Below, in pieces: positions 32,371 to 41,042 of a stretch of DNA of 64,000 nucleotides. This stretch comes from Nostoc sp. (lineage in GTDB: Bacteria > Cyanobacteriota > Cyanobacteriia > Cyanobacteriales > Nostocaceae), in NCBI GenBank assembly GCA_036918135.1, contig JBALDB010000009.1:131605-195604 (forward strand), written 5' to 3'. The notes under the pieces were generated by a model, which worked only from the letters and a program-made list of their open reading frames with translations, ran no database searches and was not told where the DNA came from. Positions within the stretch are counted from its first letter, which is position 1. Every line of letters begins with the position of its first letter. The position numbers were made by a program, and so were the translations under genes.

Positions 32371-33537
32371 ATGAGTACTATTGTCATCACAAGTAACGGT
32401 ACATTAGGAGACAACTTGCCTTATATTGCACTTGGACAAGCCCTGAAAACTAGAGGGCATAAAGTACGCATGGTGGTAAATGAGGCAGTACATTCCTATG
32501 TTTTAAAAGCTGGGCTAGAAGCTGGTACTGCCCACCCAAGGATTGGCCCTGAAGAAGTGCGACATAATGCACAACTATGGAACCAATTGCCTTTAGTGAG
32601 AGCATCACCAGCGCTAGATAAAACAAAATCTGTGAAAAACAAGCATAGCATTATGCACGCTTGGAACCGTCTGTTTGAAGCATGTGATGATGCAGATATG
32701 TTAGTTTCTGATTTTGAGCAGGATACACTTGCAGGTGTAATAGCAGATACTTGTTCTCTTTGCTGGGTTCGCTCTTGTGTTGCTCCATTTTATCACTGCT
32801 CTGATAACCCAAAAATTAAACATCAACCTTATTACTATAGTTGGTGGCTAGATAATAAAAATTCAAACCGCTTTCTTTTGGCTGCCAGTCCTCATTTTTC
32901 CCAACTATCTCCAGAATATTCTCAAGTAAATCAAACAGGTTTCTGGTTTTATGAAGATTCAGATTGGAACGACGGCGAACCCAGCAAAGAGATTAGGGAA
33001 TTTGTCGAGCAGCAACCCAAACCTTTAGTGCTTTCATATAGTAGTCAGCCTCTGGAAAATCCTCAAGAAATTGTGGAAATTCACGTCCGCGCTGCGGCTC
33101 AATTGGGTCGGCGAATTTTAATTCATCAAGGTTGGGCAGACTTTAACGAAAGTCATTTACCGTCAGACATTGACCGAGATAACGTCATGTTTGCAAATGG
33201 TTTTATCGCGCACGATTGGTTGTTTTCCCGTGCAGCTGCGGTAATAACTCATGGCGGAGTCGGGACATTAGCACGAGCATTGCGTAATGGCTGTCCTGTG
33301 CTGGTGGAACCCTTTGCCTTCGATCAATTTTTTAATGCTCTACAGGTGCAGAAATTAGGAGTCGCAGCGGCTATGAACTCACAGAAGCTGACAGCAGATA
33401 GAGTCGCTAATGTTTTAGATAAAAAAGTCTTGACACCTGATTATAAAAAACGGGCTGTTGAATTTGGTGAGACAATTAATGCCGAACAGGGTTTAATTAC
33501 AGCCTGCGACTTAATTGAGAATTGGTTGTCAAGTTAG
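32371..33537 (+). CDS. GT-B glycosyltransferase, GT1-like (copy 1)
   Basis: GTLGDNLPYIALGQALKTRGHKV, HDWLFSRAAAVITHGGVGT, PFAFDQFFNA. Confidence 0.9.
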   Translation: MSTIVITSNGTLGDNLPYIALGQALKTRGHKVRMVVNEAVHSYVLKAGLEAGTAHPRIGPEEVRHNAQLWNQLPLVRASPALDKTKSVKNKHSIMHAWNRLFEACDDADMLVSDFEQDTLAGVIADTCSLCWVRSCVAPFYHCSDNPKIKHQPYYYSWWLDNKNSNRFLLAASPHFSQLSPEYSQVNQTGFWFYEDSDWNDGEPSKEIREFVEQQPKPLVLSYSSQPLENPQEIVEIHVRAAAQLGRRILIHQGWADFNESHLPSDIDRDNVMFANGFIAHDWLFSRAAAVITHGGVGTLARALRNGCPVLVEPFAFDQFFNALQVQKLGVAAAMNSQKLTADRVANVLDKKVLTPDYKKRAVEFGETINAEQGLITACDLIENWLSS

Positions 33538-33567
33538 TGCTAAGAGGGTAATTTAGGTAATCAATTC

Positions 33568-34464
33568 ATGCCAAATGTCAGCGTTATTATTCCCACTTAC
33601 CAACGGGCGGATCTAATTTCAGAAACGATTGAGAGTGTGTTAGCACAAACATATACTGACTATGAAATTATCGTTGTCAATGATGGTTCCACAGACAATA
33701 CTAAAGAAGTCTTAGCAGAATTTGGAGATTGGATTACTGTTATCCATCAAGAAAATCAAGGGCCTTCTGTCGCCCGAAATACAGGGATTATGGCTTCACA
33801 GGGACGATATATTGCTTTTATTGATGATGATGACTTATGGCTACCATATAAGTTGGAAAAACAAGTTTCTTGTTTTGAATCCAATCCAAATATTGGTTTA
33901 GTCTATGCAAATATAGTCTTTTTTAAGGGTAATCATGTGTCTGCCGATTTATGGCCAAGAAGAAGTCACCCCCCTAGTGTCCTACAGGATTGGATGTTGT
34001 TTGAACTTAATTTTATACCAATACTTTCTGTGATGGTTCGTCGAGAGTGTCTAGATGAGGTGGGTTTATTTGACCAAACGTTGAAATATTGTGAAGATTA
34101 TGACTTGTGGCTGCGAATTATTGAAAAATTTCCTGTTCATTTCTTGAATAAGCCTGTAGGTTTTTATCGCTGGACTACAAACAGTTTGTCAAAAAATAAA
34201 GAGCAGATATTACTTAATGAAATACGTGTCAAAGAAAAAGCTTTCAGCCGCAACCTAAATCTCAAAAAGTTACCCCTCAAGCAACTTAACCAAGCTTTTT
34301 ATAGTCAATACTTAAACCTCGCTTATTTTTATATTCATCATTATCAAAGTGAGAAAGCACGGCTCATTTTAAAGAAATATCAGCAAGCGCGTGGGATTGA
34401 CAGCATTTACGAGTGGTTATGGCAGATTAGTTTCCCTGCCCTCAATTCATCACCTCATCTGTGA
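33568..34464 (+). CDS. GT2 family glycosyltransferase (copy 1)
   Basis: VSVIIPTY, VVNDGSTD, ARNTGI, FIDDDD, EDYDLWLR. Confidence 0.93.
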   Translation: MPNVSVIIPTYQRADLISETIESVLAQTYTDYEIIVVNDGSTDNTKEVLAEFGDWITVIHQENQGPSVARNTGIMASQGRYIAFIDDDDLWLPYKLEKQVSCFESNPNIGLVYANIVFFKGNHVSADLWPRRSHPPSVLQDWMLFELNFIPILSVMVRRECLDEVGLFDQTLKYCEDYDLWLRIIEKFPVHFLNKPVGFYRWTTNSLSKNKEQILLNEIRVKEKAFSRNLNLKKLPLKQLNQAFYSQYLNLAYFYIHHYQSEKARLILKKYQQARGIDSIYEWLWQISFPALNSSPHL

Positions 34465-34572
34465 TACAGAGGATTACAAGTTTATAAGGTAGTAGCAGTG
34501 AGTAAATCAGTTTTGCAGATGTTTGAGTCTGATTTTTCTGTTGACCAAGAATAGAGAACAAGGAGAATTATT

Positions 34573-35430
34573 ATGTTAACACCGGAGCAAAAGCAGCAAT
34601 TTGTCGAAAAGGGCTACGTTTTAATTAAAGGAGGCATCAAAAATCTCGACTTGCTTGCTCAAATGCGGGAGCAGACCTGGGAGCGTATAGGCTACGATCC
34701 TCATAACCCAGAAACATGGGTTGAGCCATACGTTGAGTTTGAGGGGACTGAAGCTCACTATTTTCCTGATATCGCACCGAGAGTGTGCAAGGCAATAGGA
34801 GAACTTGCCGGTGGACTAGATCGCGTTGACATCAAATCAATACAGTATTTGTGGAACCGTTTTGCTGTCAAGTACTCATACTACCCCGATTCGGATGAGT
34901 CGCAATCGCAACTGCCTGAGACTATGTGGCACCGAGACGGAGGTTATTTCTTAAACTTCTTAGACAGCCCGGAAACAGTGCTTGTGCCTTTAGTACTTGC
35001 CTCTGATATAGAATCGCACGGCGGCGCAACAATAATCTTACCTGAGAGCGTGTCGTTAATTGCACGCTTTTTAGCAGACCACCCTGAAGGCGTGTATGGG
35101 TGGCAGCACCTTAGTCCTTGCTATCCTATCTACGAAATAGCAGCCTCATGTAAGGAGTACGTTGAGTTGACTGGCAAGATGGGTGATGTCTACCTAATGC
35201 ATGGATTTATGGTTCACGCTGGTGGCTACAACTACTCTGGAAAACCTGTGTATGTGATGAACTCGCACGTATCTCTGAAGGAACCGCTGAACTTAAATTC
35301 AAAAAATCCATCACTGCTGGAGCAGGCTACCCTGAGAGCGTTAGGTGTCTCCTCCTTCGATTTCAAACCTACAGCACCCCGAAAGAGATTTCCGCTCCCC
35401 AAGAGCGATTCTTTAAAAAGTGTATCTTAG
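34573..35430 (+). CDS. PhyH-family Fe(II)/2-oxoglutarate dioxygenase
   Basis: LTPEQKQQFVEKGYV start, WHRDG HxD motif, GDVYLMHGFMVHAG distal His. Confidence 0.85.
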   Translation: MLTPEQKQQFVEKGYVLIKGGIKNLDLLAQMREQTWERIGYDPHNPETWVEPYVEFEGTEAHYFPDIAPRVCKAIGELAGGLDRVDIKSIQYLWNRFAVKYSYYPDSDESQSQLPETMWHRDGGYFLNFLDSPETVLVPLVLASDIESHGGATIILPESVSLIARFLADHPEGVYGWQHLSPCYPIYEIAASCKEYVELTGKMGDVYLMHGFMVHAGGYNYSGKPVYVMNSHVSLKEPLNLNSKNPSLLEQATLRALGVSSFDFKPTAPRKRFPLPKSDSLKSVS

Positions 35431-35555
35431 CAACGAGATTGCTGCTGGGTCATTTTTTGACTTTCAGTAGTAGGTTGTTTTGCCCCTTGCAGAATTTCTC
35501 ATCAAGCGCATGTCCACATAATTCATCTAAACCCAATCCCTTCCACTACCTACAC

Positions 35556-36716
35556 ATGAGTACTATAGTCATTACAACTTTCGGTACATTAGGAGACAAT
35601 TTGCCTTATATTGCACTTGGACAAGCCCTGAAAACTAGAGGGCATAAAATACGCATGGTGGTAAATGAGGCGGTACATTCCTATGTTTTAAAAGCTGGAC
35701 TAGAAGCTGTTACTAGCGGTCGTTTAAGGATGGGCCCAGAAGAACTACGACGTGATGCACAACTGTGGAACCAATTGCCTTCATTGAGGCAACAGTCGCC
35801 AGACAAAACAAAATTTGTCAAACCCAAGAATGACAGAATGGCTGCTAAAAACCGTCTATTAGAGGTATGTAATGATGCAGATATGTTAATTTCCTGTTTT
35901 GTGGAGGATTCACTTGCAGGTGAAATAGCAGATACTTATAGTATTCGCTGGGTTCGCTCTTGTGTGACTCCTTTTTATCAGTGCTTTTCTAACCCAGAAA
36001 TTAAACATCAATCCTATTACCATAGTTCATGGATAGATAATACAAAATCAAAGCGCTTTCTTTTGGCTGCCAGTCCCCATTTTTCCCAACTATCTCCAGA
36101 ATATTCTCAAGTACATCAAACAGGTTTCTGGTTTTATGAAGATTCAGATTCGAGGGGCAAACAACCCAGCAAAGAGATTAGGGAATTTGTCGAGCAACAA
36201 CCCAAACCTTTAGTGCTTTCATATAGTAGTCAGCCTCTGGAAAATCCTCAAGAAATTGTAGAAGTTCACGTCCGGGCGGCGGCGAAATTAGGTCGGCGAA
36301 TTTTAATTCATCAAGGCTGGGCAGACTTTAACGAAAGTCATTTACCATCAGACATTGACCGGAATAACGTTATGTTTGCAAACGGTTTTATCGCGCATGA
36401 TTGGTTGTTTTCCCGTGCAGCTGCGGTGATAACTCATGGTGGAATTGGGACATTGGCCCGGTCGTTGCGTAATGGCTGTCCATTGCTGGTGGAACCCTTT
36501 GCCTTCGATCAATTTTTTAATGCTATACAAGTGCAGAAATTAGGAGTCGGGGCTGCGATGGACTCACAAAAGCTGACAGCGGATAGAGTTGCTAATGTTT
36601 TAGACAAAAAAGTATTGACACCTGATTATAAAAAACGGGCTATTGAACTTGGTGAGAAAATTAACGCTGAACAGGGTTTAATTACAGGGTGCTACTTAAT
36701 AGAGAGTTGGTTGTAA
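35556..36716 (+). CDS. GT-B glycosyltransferase, GT1-like (copy 2)
   Basis: Close paralog of 32371-33537 with the same motifs. Confidence 0.9.
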   Translation: MSTIVITTFGTLGDNLPYIALGQALKTRGHKIRMVVNEAVHSYVLKAGLEAVTSGRLRMGPEELRRDAQLWNQLPSLRQQSPDKTKFVKPKNDRMAAKNRLLEVCNDADMLISCFVEDSLAGEIADTYSIRWVRSCVTPFYQCFSNPEIKHQSYYHSSWIDNTKSKRFLLAASPHFSQLSPEYSQVHQTGFWFYEDSDSRGKQPSKEIREFVEQQPKPLVLSYSSQPLENPQEIVEVHVRAAAKLGRRILIHQGWADFNESHLPSDIDRNNVMFANGFIAHDWLFSRAAAVITHGGIGTLARSLRNGCPLLVEPFAFDQFFNAIQVQKLGVGAAMDSQKLTADRVANVLDKKVLTPDYKKRAIELGEKINAEQGLITGCYLIESWL

Positions 36717-36921
36717 GAGGATGTTTGAAGAAAAATATTAGGCGAATATAATTCGCTACTACACAAACGAAGTCTGCCTGCGCGGGCAAACGAAAGAAAG
36801 TAAGGAATTCATACAACAAGAAACGATTAAGAAAATCTAAGTGAAGTTAGAGAGATTGTGTTGCAAAAACTTGTCGAGGATAAAAATTCCGTAGCTGCTT
36901 CCACAAATAGGTAATCAATCC

Positions 36922-37821
36922 ATGCCGAATGTTAGCGTCATTATTCCCACTTACCAACGGGCCGATTTAGTTTCAGAAACCATTGAGAGTGTGTTAGCAC
37001 AAACATACACTGACTATGAAATTATCGTTGTCAATGACGGTTCCACAGACAATACTAGAGAAGTCTTAGCCCAATTCAAAGATAAAATTACTGTTATTTA
37101 TCAAGACAATCAAGGATTACCCGCGGCTCGAAATACAGGGATTATGGCTTCGCAGGGACGGTATATTGCTTTCGTTGATGATGATGACCTATGGCTACCA
37201 TATAAGCTAGAAAAACAGATTCCCTGTTTTGAATCCAATCCAAATATTGGTTTAGTCTATTCAAATATGGTTTTTTTTAAAGATAATCGCGTGCTTTCTT
37301 ACAATATGTGGCCAAAAGGAAGTCACCCCCCTGGTGTCCTACAGGATTGGATGTTATTTATGGTTGATTATATACCAGTACCTACTGTAGTGGTTCGTCG
37401 AGAATGTCTAGATGAGGTGGGTTTGTTCGATCAGACATTAACTTCTTGTGAAGATTACGACTTATGGCTGCGAATTATTGAAAAATTTCCTGTTCATTTC
37501 TTGAATGAGCTTGTAGCTTTTTATCGCCTGTCTGCAAACAGTATGTCACAAAATAAAGAGCGGATGTTAGTTAATGAAATACGTGTCAGAGAAAAAGCTT
37601 TCAGCCGCAACCCAAATTTAAAGAAGTTAGACATCAATCTACTTTACCAAGTTTTTTATAGTCAATACTTAACCCTGGCTCATTTTTATATTCATCAATA
37701 TCAAGGTGAGAAAGCACGGCTTGTTTTAAACAAATATCGACAATTTCGTGGTATTGACGGCATCTACGAGTGGTTGTGGCTGATTAGTTTCCCTGCCCTG
37801 AACTCATCATCCCATCTGTGA
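36922..37821 (+). CDS. GT2 family glycosyltransferase (copy 2)
   Basis: Close paralog of 33568-34464. Confidence 0.93.
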   Translation: MPNVSVIIPTYQRADLVSETIESVLAQTYTDYEIIVVNDGSTDNTREVLAQFKDKITVIYQDNQGLPAARNTGIMASQGRYIAFVDDDDLWLPYKLEKQIPCFESNPNIGLVYSNMVFFKDNRVLSYNMWPKGSHPPGVLQDWMLFMVDYIPVPTVVVRRECLDEVGLFDQTLTSCEDYDLWLRIIEKFPVHFLNELVAFYRLSANSMSQNKERMLVNEIRVREKAFSRNPNLKKLDINLLYQVFYSQYLTLAHFYIHQYQGEKARLVLNKYRQFRGIDGIYEWLWLISFPALNSSSHL

Positions 37822-37908
37822 CAAACTTCACAAAGTTATAAGCGGAGTTTGTAATAATCAATAATTTTTTCAAATGATAATTCTAGGTCACTGGAGAATA
37901 GAACTACA

Positions 37909-38856
37909 ATGTTTAAAATATTTCTTTTGAAAACTTATCTAAATTACACACCTTTTACCGATCCAAAATCAATTATTTTTTTGTCTAAGAATAATATCTT
38001 TTTTACAGAAGATGAGAGAGATTGTGATATTTTTCTATCTGGTAGATTAGATTCGTATCTTGCTTCTTTTCTATTGAAATACGGAGCAAAAAAAAAATAT
38101 TTAGTGTGGACACATGAACCAAGATATGATACTCACTTTCAAAATAAAGTTAAGACATTCATGACATCTGTAAATATTCACATCATGAATGTTTACACAA
38201 AGGATATCTATCAAAACAATTATAGTTGTCATTGCGCTCAGATTAATCAACGATTAGAACTATTAAATGAAAGTAACTTTCTAAACTTTAATCATAAAAA
38301 GATAGTTGCATTGATGACCTATAGAGATACTGATTTAAGTTTAAAAAAAGATGGCAGGGAACTCGACCTAATTAATTTAAGACAGAAAATAGCCTTAGAA
38401 GGCTTTGAGACTGGTACAGTAGACGTATATGGAAGGAAGTGGCCTCAGAAAATAGCTTTAGGAGAATCAAGAGCAAATGATTGGTCTAGCAGCAAAATGG
38501 GTATTCTCCAAAAATATCACTTTAATTTGTGCTTTGAAAATACCAATTTTGACTATTATTGCACAGAGAAAATTTGGGATAGTATTCGAGGAAGATGCTT
38601 ACCGATATATTATGGTAAGGGAAATAAAATATACCAAGATTTCCCTATAAATAGCTTTCTAGACTACTCAGATTTTAATAATCCAAAAGAATTATTTTTA
38701 TATATTAACAAAATAACAGTCAGTGAGTTCAGGGAGCGAATCAATCTTTGCATTGAAGCTTATAATACGGTCTATGAAAAGTTGCAAACTTATAATTTTA
38801 AAAAAGAAATGCTTCTAAAAATAGTTAATAAGATCGAAACAATTTCAGAAAACTAG
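37909..38856 (+). CDS. GT10-like (alpha-1,3-fucosyltransferase-type) glycosyltransferase
   Basis: WTHEP, VDVYGRKW, KYHFNLCFENTNFDYYCTEKIWDSIRGRCLPIYYG. Confidence 0.8.
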   Translation: MFKIFLLKTYLNYTPFTDPKSIIFLSKNNIFFTEDERDCDIFLSGRLDSYLASFLLKYGAKKKYLVWTHEPRYDTHFQNKVKTFMTSVNIHIMNVYTKDIYQNNYSCHCAQINQRLELLNESNFLNFNHKKIVALMTYRDTDLSLKKDGRELDLINLRQKIALEGFETGTVDVYGRKWPQKIALGESRANDWSSSKMGILQKYHFNLCFENTNFDYYCTEKIWDSIRGRCLPIYYGKGNKIYQDFPINSFLDYSDFNNPKELFLYINKITVSEFRERINLCIEAYNTVYEKLQTYNFKKEMLLKIVNKIETISEN

Positions 38857-38968
38857 TAGTCTGTCTCATTAATTTTGCTGGGTAATACGAGTTTATGATT
38901 AAATAGCAATGTAGGTATATCCGTAACCACAAGCTGACAGGCGATCGCCTTTAAAGGAAAAAGGGTGT

Positions 38969-39345
38969 ATGAGCAAGAAGTATCAAATAAATCTGAGCGA
39001 ATCACAGAGGCAAGAACTACTCAATCTAGTAAAAAAGGGTTCGGCAAAAGCCAGAGAAATTCGGCCCGCATACACATTATTAATGGCTGCGGATGGTAAG
39101 ACTGATGAAATAATAGCAGAAATATTACACATATCAGTAGCAACAGTTAAGCGAACTCGTAAACAGTTCTGTAATGAAAATTTAGCAGCGACATTAACAG
39201 AGGAAAAGCGACCGGGAAAGCCACGTAAGTTAACTCCTTTTGCCGAAGCATATTTAATAGCAACAACTTGTAGTAATACACCTAATGATAGTACGCGTTT
39301 TACTTTAAAATGTTAGCAGATAAACTTGTGAGTCTTGAGATAGTT
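38969..39345 (+). pseudogene. IS630-family transposase N-terminal HTH remnant
   Basis: KKYQINLSESQRQEL...LLMAADG...RPGKPRKL...CSNTP; frameshift near 39310 and no DDE domain. Confidence 0.8.
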
Positions 39346-39461
39346 TTTCTAAAAATTATTTGTTTAATAAGCTTCAATTGGTTAAGTATAATCTTAAAAA
39401 GTGTATACTTTTATTATAGTTATATAAAAATATTTTACTCTTAATTAAATAAATAACCTAT

Positions 39462-39797
39462 ATGATGAAAGCTGTCAAAATTATACAAAAGTTACTTTTT
39501 TTAATGCAGCAAGAAATAAAACTCAATTACTTGTTGAAAGGACAAAAAGTTTTAATTAAATATTATTTAACAAACAGAGAATTATTTTCAGAAATTAATA
39601 ATTTAATTTTAGGTTATGCTTTTAGCAAAAAATATAGCTGTGATTTCTTGATTGATGACAGTAAATCTTCTCTTTACTTTAGTTTAGGCTATACAAATTA
39701 TTTTGATAAAAATACTTTAAATAAAGAACAATCAAGCTATAACTTGATTGTTAATATATGTCTGATAGGGAAAAATTACTATGTTGTGGGTGATTAG
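39462..39797 (+). other. Very AT-rich ORF, possible truncated glycosyltransferase-like fragment
   Basis: 111-aa ORF; LTNRELFSEINNL loosely resembles the N-termini of NodZ/GT23-like proteins; weak. Confidence 0.3.
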
Positions 39798-39831
39798 TTT
39801 CCCGGCTCTCAACTCATCACAGATGAAGTGA
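39784..39831 (+). pseudogene. 3' remnant of a third GT2 paralog
   Basis: Translates LWVISFPALNSSQMK*, versus LWLISFPALNSSSHL* and LWQISFPALNSSPHL* in the two intact GT2 genes. Confidence 0.7.
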
Positions 39832-39928
39832 TGAGTAAGCGAGCGGTCAATCCAAGAGCGATCGCTTGTTATTCGCAATATTATTAGACTTTTCAAACAT
39901 CCTCTAAAAGAGTAAAAAGAATAAAGTT

Positions 39929-40915
39929 ATGGATAATACTCAAGCAACCTTAGATTTAATTGAAGCAAAAACAATTTTAGATACTTTAGGAATTCATTTT
40001 TGGTTAACAGATGGTACGCTTTTGGGTTATTATCGAGAAAATGATTTTATCAAACACGATAAAGATATCGATCTCGCATTGTTTGCCAAAGATTACACTG
40101 AAGAAATTGTTGAATCCTTTGTCAAGCAAGGGTTTAAAGTTCAAATAAGGGGAACTCAAGCAGAAGGTTTATTGTTGTCAGTTAATAAACATCTCAACAT
40201 CGATTTATTTTTTGCTTATGAAGAGAAAGATTATATATGGTATGCCTGCTGGACAAAGAAACATGAATTAGTTGAAAATTCAACGGAGGTAAAATATGAA
40301 ATGGTTAAATATGCTTATCCCAAGACAAAATTTAAAAAAATTATATTTAAAGAACATGAGTTTAATGTTCCTGATGATGTGGAAAAATATTTAAGTTCGG
40401 TATATGGAAAATATTGGCAGATTCCAGATCCGAACTGGCATTATAGTTCAATAAAAAATCTCATTGATGCCCATTGGTTACAGCTACCAGAAATAGCACT
40501 AAAACGCAACTTGAACATAATTTACGATCTTTATACACAAGTTTTATCTAGCTTAGTTGAGCTATATAGAGGAAATCCTTTAGATCCAGATATATTGTCT
40601 GCATTGCAAAAAGCTAGAAAACAAAATGCTGATTTCTGGATGTGTATCCCACCTGAAGAAATCAAAATTATATACTCAGGACATATGAGAGTGTCTTATC
40701 ACATTTTAAAGAATAGCGGTATTCAAAATGAAACCACCGCTACTAGTGAGCTGGATATTATATCTAAGATGCTAAACCAAGCACAAGAGCGCAACCTGGA
40801 GCAGAGCCAATATTTACTCGCAGCTTTGCTTTACTTTCGTCCTAACCAATTTAAATTGCAACGGCACAAGGATACCAATATAGTACGGCTAAGGCTTCCT
40901 CGCCCCAATCTCTGA
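39929..40915 (+). CDS. LicD/fukutin-family nucleotidyltransferase-fold phosphotransferase with an extra C-terminal helical domain
   Basis: FWLTDGTLLGYYRENDFIKHDKDIDL, IDLFF, VPDDVEKYLSSVYGKYWQIP. Confidence 0.88.
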   Translation: MDNTQATLDLIEAKTILDTLGIHFWLTDGTLLGYYRENDFIKHDKDIDLALFAKDYTEEIVESFVKQGFKVQIRGTQAEGLLLSVNKHLNIDLFFAYEEKDYIWYACWTKKHELVENSTEVKYEMVKYAYPKTKFKKIIFKEHEFNVPDDVEKYLSSVYGKYWQIPDPNWHYSSIKNLIDAHWLQLPEIALKRNLNIIYDLYTQVLSSLVELYRGNPLDPDILSALQKARKQNADFWMCIPPEEIKIIYSGHMRVSYHILKNSGIQNETTATSELDIISKMLNQAQERNLEQSQYLLAALLYFRPNQFKLQRHKDTNIVRLRLPRPNL

Positions 40916-41042
40916 AAATTTGCGCTGTTTATATACTTACTTCATTAAACCTGGTAGTTTTTAACAGGTAAGGATGAATTGTATTGATGCGATCGCAAAT
41001 GGAAAAACTCAATTTTTAATTGACAAATATTAAGATTATAAA

